DNA from: Chlorokybus atmophyticus
Lineage: Eukaryota; Plantae; Mesostigma and Chlorokybus algae
DNA length: 64,000 bases
Direction: 5' to 3'
Assembly: GCA_009103225.1 (NCBI GenBank)
Contig: RHPI01002910.1
Location: 442,759-506,758 of the forward strand
The notes under the pieces are model-generated. The model was not told where the DNA came from. It searched no databases and saw only the letters and a list, made by a program, of their open reading frames with translations. Shown piece after piece: positions 13,610-26,529 of the stretch. The translations under genes and the position numbers were made by a program. Numbering within the stretch: position 1 is the stretch's first letter; every line of letters starts with the position of its first letter.

Positions 13610-15825
13610 TCACCGCCTCGACTTGATGCCCGGGAAGTCAGGGCGCAACTGCACCAGGATCTGGCCAAACTCTACAGGGTCTGCCAGCATCACCCGTGTC
13701 AACAGCCAACCTCCAATCTAGAAATGAATTTCTTACCGGACACTTTTATTGTTGCAGAAGCAGGTATGGGCCAAAGCACAAACTCAAACGCCAGCACATA
13801 CCTGCATCCTCAACAGGAAAGTTGACAACTTCTCCCGCCAAAGGGGACTGCAAGGAAGTCATGCATGTCAGCATGTGCTCCTTGTGCACACACGAAGGTT
13901 GCAGCGCCGTACAGCTGCTGTGCTACAAACCACCCTGACATAGCAAACCAAATGGTACACAACGGTCAACACTGAATTGATCAAAGATTGGAATCACCTC
14001 TACTGGCATGTGGGTGCCAAGCTGCTCAATAAAGCAAATCGTCTGACCCTTCTTCACAGTGTCACCCTGATCGCGACAATTGTTCAAGGGAAATAACCGT
14101 TGGGTGGTTGCAAAGTGTATTAGATACACACCAGCTGGATGAAAGAGAAATGCGCTACTCACCACGTTGACCACTGGCTTGCCAGCTTTACCCTTGAAGA
14201 CCCGCCCGCGCCGCACTACACCCACCTGGTCATGTTACTCACATGAATGTCAATGACACTGGCAAGCAGTTTGCTGCAACTAATGCACAGACTTCATGAC
14301 GATGCGACAGAAAGCATGACACACAGTCCATTACCCTGCCAGCGGTGACTGGAACCAAGCCTTCATCCCCAAACTCATCCTGATAGTCTTCGTCCTCCTG
14401 CGTGGGTGCCGATGTAGGTGCTGGCACAGGTGCTGCCGCTACGGGTGGTGCAGAGGGTGCTGCAAGAGCGGCAACAGCTTCAGTGGCAGCTGTTGCGGCA
14501 CTGCTTTTTCTCTTCACAAACATCTTAAAAGCGCCAATCTGCGTCAATTTGCAAAATTATTCTGATATCAACACCCACCGCCACTCTGAGGGACCACCTT
14601 CGTGATACATTGCGTGTGATAGGCCAACATGGCCACCATTGTTCAAAAACAGAAGTTACCTTGATGTTGGCTTCCATAAACTCTGTTTCTTGGCATATTG
14701 TTGTGAGAAGAGAATGAACCTGCCAAGCACACAGAGTGCTTTGCTTCATGCATTGTGCGACGTTTGTGTCTTCCAAACTGGTGCATGCATGGGATTACTG
14801 TCATCAGTCCAGCGTCGACGTCGCTGGCTCGCACGAGCATGCTGACACATACCTGTGCCGGACTCAGACCACCCTTAGCAGACTTCTCTGTAACAGCTTC
14901 CACTACCGGCTCCACATCATTGATTTTGACATCATTGAGGGGAATCTTGTTCTTCGACTCAGCATTGTCTGTTCGCGAAGGTGCAGGCACTGTTACAGAA
15001 AACGAGCCTTACAACTATAAACTTAGCTGACATGCATCGGCACACACGGATCCACCTAACTCTGCACGAACAACACAGTGTGCTGCGCAACACACCTGCG
15101 CACAAACACACTCCCCATGCAATGCTATGGCTGACAAATGGTGTTTGCGCTGGTACACACACGCGCACACAAACACGTACACACACAATGCACTGCTTGG
15201 TCTTACAGATGGTGTCGACAGTGGCTTGGCAGATGAGTCGCAGAGGTCGATTCCGCGGGAGCTGTGCAGGCTGCGGCTGTGATAGCGCAGCCCTGTCTCT
15301 ACCAGATAGCTGTGCGTTGCGCCTGGCAGGCGCTGTAGCAGCGCAGCGACCGCCAGCTGGAGGACATGAGGCCAACGGAAAGACATGATCAGCCTTGCAC
15401 CTTGCAACGACAACTCTCCATTCATTTTCCATGCACAGCGCCTAGGCATAGCAACGCAACTTCCAGCGTGGTAGCATACACAGCAACGTCTGTGTCAAGG
15501 TCTATGTCGTTAGCAATGACAGCAAGCCGAATAGATCCATCATCCAGTTCAAATTGGAAGTATACTGCTGTGCAACATACCAAGCAGAACGCGCTAAAAG
15601 CAGCGGTCGTAAGTGGTGACACGACGCCGGAATGGGCTAGCAGTCATACTGCCTGTGGCTACAATGCATGCACAGTGACCTCAGCTTCGAGACATTTAAC
15701 ACACTACGTGTTCAGCAGCTTAGACGTGCTGGCAAGGAGGAGAACACGCCAGAACTGCACCCCCAGACCAAACCAGAATGCTAAATCACCTACTCACCAG
15801 AAACAGAGGACAGCGCTGAAGCCAT
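13610..15825 (-). CDS. BADC: Plastid BADC / biotin-lipoyl-domain protein (BCCP-like, non-biotinylated ACCase partner)
   Basis: Nine phase-consistent exons (15825-15798, 15356-15207, 14989-14853, 14719-14660, 14538-14335, 14225-14163, 14066-13998, 13847-13802, 13680-13610; 828 nt, 275 aa). Transit-peptide-like N-terminus; VHSLLTTICQETEFMEANIKIGAFKMFVKR; VGVVRRGRVFKGK; GDTVKKGQTICFIEQLGTHMPVESPLAGEVV...PVEFGQILVQLRPDF. EQLG replaces the EAMK biotinylation motif. Confidence 0.88.
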
Positions 15826-16370
15826 TCTCCCCTTCCCACTGACACACCCAGCCTCAGTCCACGCTGCAGCTCAGAATGCAGGCACAATAGCAGCCGCGCA
15901 GCTCCCCGAGACCAATGTCAGTACGGACGCAAATGGCCACTACCTCCACTAGCAGGCAGAGCCACGCAGCTCGCCGCCACCACCACCGCCGCCGCTACCG
16001 CCACCGCTACCGCCCACTACATGCCCACGACGATAGGCACAATACCACAAACCCTAGCACTACGTTAGTGCAGCCTTGGGAAAACGTTATAACTGTGGCT
16101 GTACGCTGTACTGATTGCCTGCTGCATAACGTAAGGCTTGACAAGTGGAACATACCGTAGGATTAATTTGAGCCAACGATTGCGGGCCGCTTGCCAGCAC
16201 ACAGCCAAGTTGGGCGGCTCGCAGCCGGCCATACATGAAGCTACAAAACAGGTCTCCAGGGCCGATTGATGACATACAATTTGCGGCAGATAAAATTGCA
16301 ACTCACTGTGTGCACTGCAGACACTGCTTGTGCGCATAGTGCACAAGAAGTGCAATACACAAACGCATAA

Positions 16371-17947
16371 ATGCTGTGCGGTGAGTGCGGCGTCACGTGA
16401 CCTGTCCTACTCCTCCGCTAAGCTGCTCTCAGCCACCTCCGCAACTACCTCGCCGCCCCAGTCCTGGCGCACAACCCTACGGAGGAGCAGGAGTACGACA
16501 ACCTCGTCGGCGTCGCCAGTCAGGCAGGGTGAACGGTGGTGGTTGCGGAACGGTGGGAGAGGTGGTGACTGTACCAATCCAAATACACCCCCACACCCAC
16601 ATACCCACAGCTATGGCGTGCACGAATACGCCGGCGGTGCAGCTGGCGGCAGAGCGGTCACGGAGTACGCAAAACCTGAGGAGGGTGCTAGAAATTGGCG
16701 TTACTGAAAGAGAGAGTGAGTATCTATAGTGTAGCAGAGACACGTGTAGTGTGGTTGTGTCAAGGACACAACATGGTTGTTGTGTACTTGCAGGATTAAG
16801 GGTTGTGGACTCGGCCATAGCGGACGGAGTGCTGCGGTGCGCCAGGACAGAAGCGACCTCTTTCAACGACAAGACTGAAGGCGCACAGGAGAAAGGTGAC
16901 ACGATATTGTCAACACTTGCCTTTGCAACATTCCCTCCCTGATTGGGTTGTGTGTTTGTTCTCATTGTCTGTATCGTTGTTGTGTTGGTTGTTCCAGCTG
17001 CGCAGGTGTCAGCGCTGAACTTGGCATCGGAAGTGATCAGAAACTGTGAAGAGACTCGCGCAGCATGGGTATAATCCACGCGTTGGGTTACCAATTTGTG
17101 TTACTATTTTGTCGGCCTACATGACCAATTTGCAGCGATGAGTTATTATTATTCAATTAATGGTCGACAAAGTCATGACTCGCTTTCCTTTCTGTGTCCA
17201 CTCAGAATGAGCGCACGCGAGCTGCTTTGGATGCGTCCATCACGCTGTTCGGCAAGAGCGGGAGGCTCAAGGCAAGTGTGCAATGTGTATATATATCTCA
17301 AACATATTGTTGCAAGACAGGGGTAGTGTTTTGGGGGGGGGGGNNNNNNNNNNNNNNNNNNNNNNNNNNNNNNNNNNNNNNNNNNNNNNNNNNNNNNNNN
17401 NNNNNNNNNNNNNNNNNNNNNNNNNNNNNNNNNNNNNNNNNNNNNNNNNNNNNNNNNNNNNNNNNNNNNNNNNNNNNNNNNNNNNNNNNNNNNNNNNNNN
17501 NNNNNNNNNNNNNNNNNNNNNNNNNNNNNNNNNNNNNNNNNNNNNNNNNNNNNNNNNNNNNNNNNNNNNNNNNNNNNNNNNNNNNNNNNNNNNNNNNNNN
17601 NNNNNNNNNNNNNNNNNNNNNNNNNNNNNNNNNNNNNNNNNNNNNNNNNNNNNNNNNNNNNNNNNNNNNNNNNNNNNNNNNNNNNNNNNNNNNNNNNNNN
17701 GGGGGATGGGTAACTTGTGAAAACAGCTGTTGAAATTAAGATTGATTGCATGCAGATGCCAAAGACGGGGCCGGGGTTCACTCCAGATGTGATAAACAAG
17801 TACAAGACTCGCTGGCAGCCGCGCTGGCCCGGAGACACCGGTGACCAATTTGAACCCTACCAGGTGCATGCGTGTGCACATGCGTGTATACATGCACGCG
17901 GGCCTATACTTGGATGTGTTTCATAGCAGTGCCACCGTATGATGTAG
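16371..17947 (+). CDS. Hypothetical protein, multi-exon, function unknown (extra exons may lie in the N gap)
   Basis: Phase-consistent exon chain 16371-16380, 16433-16528, 16611-16715, 16794-16895, 16998-17068, 17206-17271 (GC donor gcaagt), 17756-17863, 17927-17947, giving MLCATSATTSPPQSWR...LDASITLFGKSGRLKMPKTGPGFTPDVINKYKTRWQPRWPGDTGDQFEPYQQCHRMM*; no family recognised. Confidence 0.5.
17344..17700. other. Assembly gap (run of N) flanked by G homopolymers
   Basis: About 357 consecutive n, with poly-G on both sides. Confidence 0.99.
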
Positions 17948-18317
17948 ACGTTGGTGACTCTGCGAATGCTGACTTGTGCTTTGGCGACTTGTGTGCACTA
18001 CAGCAACTACTCGTGCAATATCTTCACTCAGCCGTTGAGTATCACGCAAAGTGAGTGGCTAACAGCAAGCATGAGAACAAAACACATAGTGAGGCAACAG
18101 TTCTTGTCATGCTTGCAACTTACGCAAATAGTTCCCCAGGGCCTTGCAAGACCTGTCTGGTGCGTACGCCAAGCTTTCAGGTAAAACACTCGTAAGCCGT
18201 TGGGGTATTGCGAATCACAGCTGAACACACCATAGTCTGGACAACGCATGTACATACACGCACATGTACACGCGCACCCTCACGCATGCACAAATACGCA
18301 CACACACAGGTGCGGCT

Positions 18318-18936
18318 ATGGCGGCACGTGATGCGGACTACCTGCGCGCGCTGGCAGCGAAGGCGGGCATCACGGTGGAGGAGTACCGCCAACTCCTGCA
18401 TATCTTCCAGGAGATTGACCAGGGCAACGACGGGTACACATTGCTGCTGGTGTTGCTGGTGTTCGTGCTGCTATCCTTGTTGTTGACGTTGTTGTTGTTG
18501 TGTTGATGGTGGTGGGTCTTGTTGTTGTCACTCATGTGTGTTGGCGTGCGTGCAGGTTGATTAATAAGAAGGAGCTCTTAGCGGCAGTCAGGAAGGACAA
18601 GGACGTGAGTGGTGCCCATGCATGTTGTTGTTGGGCACACCAACTCTGGGGATTGTTGGAGTAACACAGCATTGTTTTCCCGCAGATTGCTGCTTTTATG
18701 CAGCTGAGCCGGCGCGCCAACAAGGACGGGAAGCGCGAGAGCTTTGAATCTGTCTTCGACCGCATCTCAAAAAGTGGTGAGAGCTTCAGAAATGGTTGTT
18801 CTCCTGTCTTCTGTTGTTGTATGGGGTAAAGCACCCACCAACATTGTATGCAGGTGGCAAAGAGATCAGCTGGGACGAGTTCCTTGCCTTCTTCTCCGAC
18901 AGGCGTGCACTACCTGGCGCCAATGGAGTGCACTGA
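18318..18936 (+). CDS. Small EF-hand protein (two EF-hands, the second degenerate)
   Basis: Four spliced exons give MAARDADYLRALAAKAGITVEEYRQLLHIFQEIDQGNDGLINKKELLAAVRKDKDIAAFMQLSRRANKDGKRESFESVFDRISKSGGKEISWDEFLAFFSDRRALPGANGVH*; loops DQGNDGLINKKE and SKSGGKEISWDE. Confidence 0.8.
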
Positions 18937-19533
18937 TAGCTTTACGCAAGTTAGCATGCCTTGCATGCGGGTTTAGGTAAAACAAAAAGTTGAAATGCTT
19001 AAATTCTAAGTGTCATGAGATGCCAAGGCAACGACCTCCACAACTTATTGCACACCATCCGTTTCTACCAGACGACGCAGTGGCAAGCATAACGAGTGTC
19101 TGAAGAGCTGATGGCACAAACTTACCTATCGTTCATGTACGCTGCGTACACCTCAACTATGCCCCTTGCATACTTTATACGAGTAAATCTCAACTATAAT
19201 CAAGTAGTTGAACACCCAATCATGCAGATCGAGAACAGAATGGAGCAGATGACAACCCACAAGAGGAGTGGCTTCACGGCTGTGCTGAGCACAGCCATGA
19301 GATTCGTTACCATTTACACGACATGTGACACGTTGCACCTGGCTGACGCCCGGCCGACCACGACACACCCTAAATACCATACGTAAGCAGCTATCTGTTC
19401 CTGAGCTATGCCATATAATAACCGTCACTCTCGCAAAAAAAAGTGATCAGGACTGTTGCTGTTCTCACCCACCAGGGGTAGAACAAGTGCACCAATTACC
19501 TGTGCGTGTGCTTGCATCAAACTCAAGTGTCTA

Positions 19534-20744
19534 TCAGCTCTGTGCTCCAGATACGAGGAACGTAAGGTCTGCGCTGGAGCCGATGCGGTGGGGCTCAAAC
19601 GAATACGAGCGGCTCATGTCGACCTCATATTCGCCGAGAACTTTCTTGCCGTTCTGGTCTATGCGTGCTGATGCCTTGAGCATTTTATTGGGATGCTCAA
19701 AGCTGCGAATGCCGTGATTGCTAACATAGAAGCAGCCTGCCACATAGGTAAGTCTCAGCAAACTATACTGCACACCTCCTCAGACTGGGACAACAATTCT
19801 GCCAGACTTGCATTTACTTGAGCAATGCACAGCTCTTACCTCTCGGGAAGGGGGCTGTTAAGGTGCCACACAGGCCAGCAGCTGCATCGTCTGAAGCTAG
19901 AATCATGGCGCCATCAGCACCTACTCCCCAATGCAGGGACGCGCATCCTTTGGCATCCTGTTGACTATTGGTGAAGCAGAGTCCTTGTACCATGAACACA
20001 TGCAAAATAGGCACACAGAGCAGTTGAAATGTGGTCGTACCCGTGCCGCAAATACGACGTTGGTTGATGCATCGTATAGCGCAAATGCAAAGGAGCCGTG
20101 CAGTTGTCTGAGGCAGTGGTCGGTGGGGAAGGGTGCGCGGTCCTTCAGCGTCTTGTACATCTCAATGATCAAAACATGGTCGCTGATGCTCTCTGATCTC
20201 CTATAGCTGCAGCATAAAGACAGTACCACATCAACACACGCAGTTCTCCATGACCCCAACAGCTGCACAGGCAGTGTCTCACCCATAAGCCTCACGAATA
20301 TCTCCTGCGTTGGTGAGCTCGCCACGGAACAGAATAAAGATGCCCTGGTCAGCGCCAAATGAGATGCGCTCGGATGCCGCTGCTTGGTACGCCAGACCTC
20401 CGTTTTGACCAAACAACACGGTGGCTGTGGGTGATGGAAAAGCATCCACAGGTTTTCTGCGACCAGTTGATACTCAGAAGGGGGCTTCAAGTGTCGACAT
20501 GGTGTTTTCTCACTGCATCATCGCAAACAGCAATGCTGCCTATGCACACATGTATGAAGCGCTGTGTTGAGGGGTAAGCGTGCAGAAGCTTCAGGTTTAC
20601 AAAGCTGTTTGCCAGAAGGTCTCACCTCAGCTTCTCCAAATACTCCAGAGTGGAGCCACCAGCGCTGGGAGTTGCGTTTGACTGGAAAGCATCTTGCAGC
20701 TCTTGAGGCGGAGGCGCTACCGCGTTGGCAAACACAGCCAGCAT
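19534..20744 (-). CDS. TSJT1 / Wali7 / DUF3700 family protein (Ntn-hydrolase-like, aluminium-induced family)
   Basis: MLAVFANAVAPPPQEL N-terminus; GGLAYQ...IFILFRGELTN; MYKTLKDRAPFPTDHCLRQLHGSFAFALYD...FAAR; LHWGVGADGAMILASDD; APFPRG; SFEHP. All match the plant family pattern; canonical introns. Confidence 0.88.
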
Positions 20745-23326
20745 TGTGCCTTTACTGCAAACAGTCGCCAAGCCGGGCAGTGCAGCACCTCACAAGTAAG
20801 CACTCAAAACAAACGCCTCAAAGCGTCAGCGCTCCCCCTGTTATTGAGAACTGCCCTACGACCAACACCTTCACATGTGCCAAGTAACCTCCTGCACACC
20901 AACGTAGAGCAGTATCACACCTCGAGCATGCAGGAGGATGCCAAGAACGCCGCCGCCGCTGTCGCCAGGCCAATACTTACTACACGCTTGCAGGTATGCA
21001 CGCCTTGCTTTTACCCAAGTCTCATCACATGAGGACCATAGACCCCTAACGTTAGTAACCCGATGAGCGTGATTTGCCCTTGGATGTCAGGCCATTTCAA
21101 CATCACGTTATGTTCGTCAGGTCATGTTGTCACATGACACACCACAGTCATGTGTGTTATTCGTGATTATCCATTCGGGGGCGCGTGCTGACGCTGGCAT
21201 GCTCGTCCTTGGTGAGATGCCCGGTCGCGGTTGTCAGCGGCATCGCTGCAGCGCGCGACATCCGCTGCCATCTCAGCCGAGCGTCAGCAGAAGGGTACGG
21301 ATTCAAAGGGAATGCGGATATCGGTGTCGACGCAGCCAAGCTGTACGTGCTGTACGCCACCCAAAGCAGTGCAAGACGCTTAGGCCAATGCAACACGTGG
21401 CGTGTGGCACATGTGACATGCTGACTTCAATGTTGAGCTGCAACCGTTGCACAAATCTATGCATCAATGACACCATAGAGACACGTACATTACATCCCAC
21501 ACTCACTTTTGCAAACTGTTTTTCATTCTAACCTTTTGCTATGATGATACAAAGTCAATGGCAAATACATCTAATGCATTGATATTATAATAAGCAAGGC
21601 CTGTAATATCTTAAATATAAATTACAATCCAACGCATATGTTAATTGTTTTGGGGTTGTAGTGTACGTGTCTCTGTAGTGATATGCCTCGTTTTTTAAGG
21701 AGAACTTATGGCTCACCTACCTTCTGAAGTTTTGTGGTTGGATTAATAAAGATGACTTGAGCATAACGAAACATAACGTCTGAGACTTTATGTTACACTT
21801 CAGGCACAACGCTCAAAATAAAACAATATCACAGCACACTTTTCACATTACATTTTACCATCACCACCACCTCCGGTAGCCTACATGAGCACTACCACTA
21901 ATTCACATGATGCAAATGCAAATGCATGATCAATGATACGACTGAAAGAAGCATCAGGGGGGATATCCCATGTGTCCCTTGTATCGATTTGCAATATCCC
22001 TTATATCGAATTGCAGACAGCAATTCACAATGTCGAAATGGCTACACGACGAATCTAAGATAACCATAATTAAGCCGAATAAAAGACACGGTTTTTATAC
22101 ATGTTCTGCTTTGACACAATGTGTACACAACTGATTAACACTCCCAAAACCTATACATATGCACATGTTATGCAATTGCAGCTCGCGCGTATATATAACA
22201 GAGGCACTGATGTAGCATCACACTCGATTCAAATGAGAATTATACTTGATTTGCTAAGAGATTGCACTTCAGGCGGGTATGTTAACAATAGCAAATTGTT
22301 CACAACGTTGTAATAACAGAATATTCACAATAGATGCAAGGTTTGAAAAGGTAAGAAAGGTCATTATCTATGCGGTTTGTTTCACATTCAATTCATAATA
22401 CAATGTTCAACGAGCAAATTTCACCTACAACACCCTTTCACAAACATTATCGTTGATGTGTTTGAAAATGCTATTAGTCATCACATCAGTTAATATATGT
22501 GCATGGATTGCAATCGCAATGAGTGTGCTATGAACAAGTGGCATGTGCCACAAGGCAGTTGAGCATGCTTACGTATGCACATATACAATTCGCGCAACTA
22601 TATGTGATAAACACATCAATTTAAAACATGAGTATTCTCACACAATATTACTAACGAGGTGTTATGGGAATGATACAATAAGCATGTATGCTTGCATAAA
22701 AACCGGTCTACACAACATGTATTGCTTATATCACTGCATATAATTGCATGGAACTTTTTTATATGTATAATACGCCAAGTATACATGCCTAACTTTACAT
22801 TACACGTTCATCACATCAATATCTATTGAAGGTTAATCTAATAAATGTGTAATGATAATCATGTTGTTGTACCAATGCCTTATGCACATGTAATATAATG
22901 TAGACAAATGTATCCGATTATATATTGTAGTATATAAGATCAACCTCGAACCTTATAAGGCATTGGCAATGCCATACCAAATCCAGCTACAAATTGTGCA
23001 TATGCAATTGCGTATACTTGTAAACGCATATGGTGGAACAAAGGGGCTAACATACAAGATTGCAGTGATTAACCCAACAATCACATCTACATTAGCACGC
23101 CACAAGTAAGACCACTATAAGCTAGCTTAAACCATGGGGGCTAGACCTCTGTGCGTGAAGGCATGGCAGCAGGGCATGTATGGTACACAACAAATAGCAT
23201 ATGCAACTATGCACATGACAATTTGATAACCGTTTCATGCATAATGTTATGGGTTTGCACATAAAACAGCTATAAACATGGTAACATACTACAAGACTAT
23301 TCGTAAGTTTTTTCTTCTTCTAAGCT

Positions 23327-23394
23327 CCCCCCCCCCCCCCTTGCTGAGGTGACCGCTNCCCCCCCCCCCCTCTTTGCTGAGGTGACCGCTAATA
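23327..23394. other. Probable contig-overlap artefact (duplicated poly-C + ttgctgaggtgaccgct around a single n)
   Basis: Poly-C plus ttgctgaggtgaccgct occurs twice, separated by one n near 23359. Confidence 0.75.
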
Positions 23395-25239
23395 GAGTAA
23401 AAACTCGCCCGTACGTCAGTATGCCAATCGAAACCGCTCATCGTTTGTAGCTGTGGTCGAAGAGGGCTTTATTGCGAGGATAAGTAGGAAAACGAAGTGT
23501 ATATATGCCCCGGCTGCTTTTATGAGCAGGTATGCAACGATCATGTGCCTATTTAGGGCTATGCATGTAGGTTCCAGCTATAGCAACCACAGCTGGGTTG
23601 AGGCAAGTGTCAGGTGAGTACATGCGGGAAGCAGGATTCCTGCCCGCATGTAGGTCCCAAGGGCCGATTGGTTGTCCATCTTGCTATGCTGTACTGTGCT
23701 GCTGATGCTGGCTCTCTGTGTGCTTGCATTAGGCTATGCATTAGCTGTGTATCTGCCATTTGTTGACTGCGTGACTAACGGATACTAACGGCCATTCAAC
23801 AGCCAAGTTTGCTGCTCTAACAGCACCGTCGCCGGTGATGCCCCTTTAATCTTCTACCCCAACACCCACACCACCGGAGATAAGCCGTATAACATCGCCG
23901 GCAGCATGGCGCTGCAAGGGGTAGAAAGCTGATTGAGGTCCCATTAACTGATGGGGCCTCTTATATCAAGAGTATATCACATTGATGTCTATTAATATTG
24001 AATTCACAAGTAGATATCATTCCTACACATGGGGTTGCTGTTAGAGATCTCGCGTGAGCCTATCAAAGCTCAAGTATCAAACGATATGATACCACGCGAC
24101 GAGGTACCTAACTTAACATCTAACTATGGTGATCGCATATATGAAAAGCGATATCAAATAAACTTGATAGGCGGTTGTACACCTATTAAGACTTAGCAAA
24201 GCTATAATAAAGTATTAACAGCTTTAATAAGCGAGGAACCGTAGAAATGAGGTATAAATAAAGATGTACGGATTTGATATACTTATTCATACAAATCATG
24301 CTATTTACGTAACAATAATACCCCTATTATTATTGCTCCCATTACAGCTGCAATCCTTTTGGGTGTCGTGCTAGATACAACGCTAGCGGCTCAATGAGGT
24401 GGCGGCGGGGCCAAATCACGTTCAGCGTCGTCGTTATCGAAGTCTTGCGTGTAGATGCTGCGTGGGTGCTAGACACGGCTTGACACCCACGCCTCTGCTG
24501 CGCAGGTGGTTCCCACTTTGCCTGCTCAACTAACCGCCCTGCCTACTGCTCATTGCATGTTGTCCGCATGTTGGCCGTCGTGTAGACTCTTCTAGCTTAT
24601 GCTGTGCGCTGGTCTGGCCCCCCCCCCCAAACTTGTTTACTGCAATTGCTGTTGTGCGTGCTGGCATTGTGACTGCATAATATCATTGCATCTAATTGCT
24701 TTATGTAGAGGGTAGCTAGACTGTGTACGTAGCAAACTTTACATGGTGACTGACTAAGGATCTAGGGACTGACGGGTGCCTGAGTCTGCCTGAGCCTGCC
24801 TGCCGCTGCCTAAAAAATTACTTTTTGACTATTGGGTTTGCCGTTGGCTTATGTGGACTGACGCAAACGGCCGCGGGCCGAAAGTGGTTGTCAGTGGCAC
24901 TGACCGGCCGAGAGTTGTCAACCAGTGACCCTTTGGTCGATGCGCACAGACAGCCGTCAGCCGGTAGTCACGGACGACTGACAGCAATAGCCGGCAATTT
25001 CCTTGCCGTTACACTGCTGTTAATATGTGACCCTTACTGTTTGACAAAAGTTGGCAATTCTTGCCGTAAGCCAACACTAACATGCCATGCAGCTTGTACA
25101 AACCTTGGACTGATTGTTTGGTCTTGCAGCTATAAGCCCACAATATATCTAACGTATCGGCAGTGATGAGAGTATGTCCACTTGCAAGTGAGCAGCCGAC
25201 TTGCGCATGAAACTACCTACAACATTGAGTCTAGCTGTC

Positions 25240-26286
25240 GCACTCATTCGCAGCTTGTCAACCCGTGGTGCCTGCCTCAGAACTCCTCCTCAACCCCCTC
25301 CTCTTGTTCCTCCTCCAACAAGTCTTTTGCTTCAATATCGGAGTCATCTTCATCTGCTGCCTCGCTCGCTGATAATACAGCAGCTACTTCGTCCTTTAGC
25401 TCATGTCAGCACCTCGCCGTGCACGCGAATGCGCTTGATGGTCGCATTGAGAGTGACCACATGCATTTGGTAATGCTGTAAGAGTGGCGTGCTGCAAGAG
25501 GACTAGCCCATCAGCATACACATGCTTACCTTGTCTTCCGCTCTGTTGCACTCCGCCTGGCAGAAAGTCAGCCTGCCGCGCTACTCTTGGTTCACTCCGA
25601 CCAACATGGCAATCCGCAAGCATACTGCTTTTTTGCCGCTGAAAACATTAAACTAGGTCATGAATCACCTATTCGTAGTACTCTACAGCTTCTCTTTTGC
25701 GACTTGTAAGCTCCCGCAAGTAGAAATACGCTGTGAATTGGCGAGATTGGTCATGCTGTTCATGTGCATGACACTGGAGGGTGTGCATGAGGGTGTGCAT
25801 GTGGTATTGACAGTGTAGGTCGTGTGCAACATACTTGAGGCTATGCATGTGCAAGATAAAAGAATTTTAGCATTGACAGTGCATCGTAACCCACCTTGGT
25901 TATGCCAGTCTTGTTTGGTCCCTTCAATCACGCCGCAGTGGTCGCAGCTGCTGGTAGGTCGGATGTTCTTAGAGGCAGTATTGTGGTGTGCCTTTGCCCA
26001 CTCGGAGGGGGAGCCCTGTAAGATATCGTCAAAGTCACTGTCGTCATTGGCTGTGCCCTTGGTAGGCATGGTGGGGTTTGACACCAAGGACACCCCACCG
26101 TCACCTTGCCCGCCCTTTGCAAACATGGGCTACATCCCGGACCTCGACCACAATGCCCACTACGCCCCTGGCATCGCCACCGATCCACCAAACACCACAT
26201 ACCCTCGGCATCACCGCCATGCGAGGGCATAGCTTGGCGGCGCCATTAATGGTGTTTTCATGCGCAGGGACTGGCATTGCAAGCAC
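25240..26286 (-). pseudogene. Unknown spliced gene divergent from the transposase (CxxC motif, acidic C-terminus)
   Basis: Fragments SEWAKAHHNTASKNIRPTSSCDHCGVIEG, YFYLRELTSRKREAVEYY, VVTLNATIKRIRVHGEV and the acidic end EAADEDDSDIEAKDLLEEEQEEGVEEEF*; gtaagc/cag intron near 25530-25495; frameshifts. Confidence 0.4.
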
Positions 26287-26320
26287 TTGTCAATGGTACG
26301 AACTGCCATTGCCACTGTAT

Positions 26321-26454
26321 AAAGGTACCATTTCAATGGTACCTTTTGGCAAAGGCATCTTCATACCATTGAAACAGTTCAATTAGGATATTCATGCAGA
26401 CTCACCTTACCCTGGACGTGCAATGGCTCAATCGTACCATAATAATGGTACGAT
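26321..26454. promoter_or_regulatory. Two GTACCAT-N4-ATGGTAC palindromes between the divergent gene and the transposase
   Basis: aaaggtaccat-ttca-atggtaccttt (26321-26346, 11-bp arms) and atcgtaccat-aata-atggtacgat (26431-26454, 10-bp arms); an additional ATGGTAC at 26293. Confidence 0.6.
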
Positions 26455-26529
26455 GGAGCCGTCACGCCAGCGAATGGCAGCCAAGTTTCCCGCCTCTGGC
26501 ATGCAAGGGTAGCGGCGGCGGCGGCGGCT

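Noticed and set aside
17173-17893. Long ORFs spanning the N run
   Set aside because: Artefacts of translating through the assembly gap
20929-21424. Possible plus-strand gene divergent from TSJT1 (MQEDAKNAAAAVARPILTTRLQ followed by gtatgc)
   Set aside because: I could not build a phase-consistent exon chain or recognise a family
23620-23650. Hairpin catgcggg...cccgcatg, a possible Helitron 3-prime signal
   Set aside because: No CTRR terminus at the expected distance and no Rep/helicase nearby
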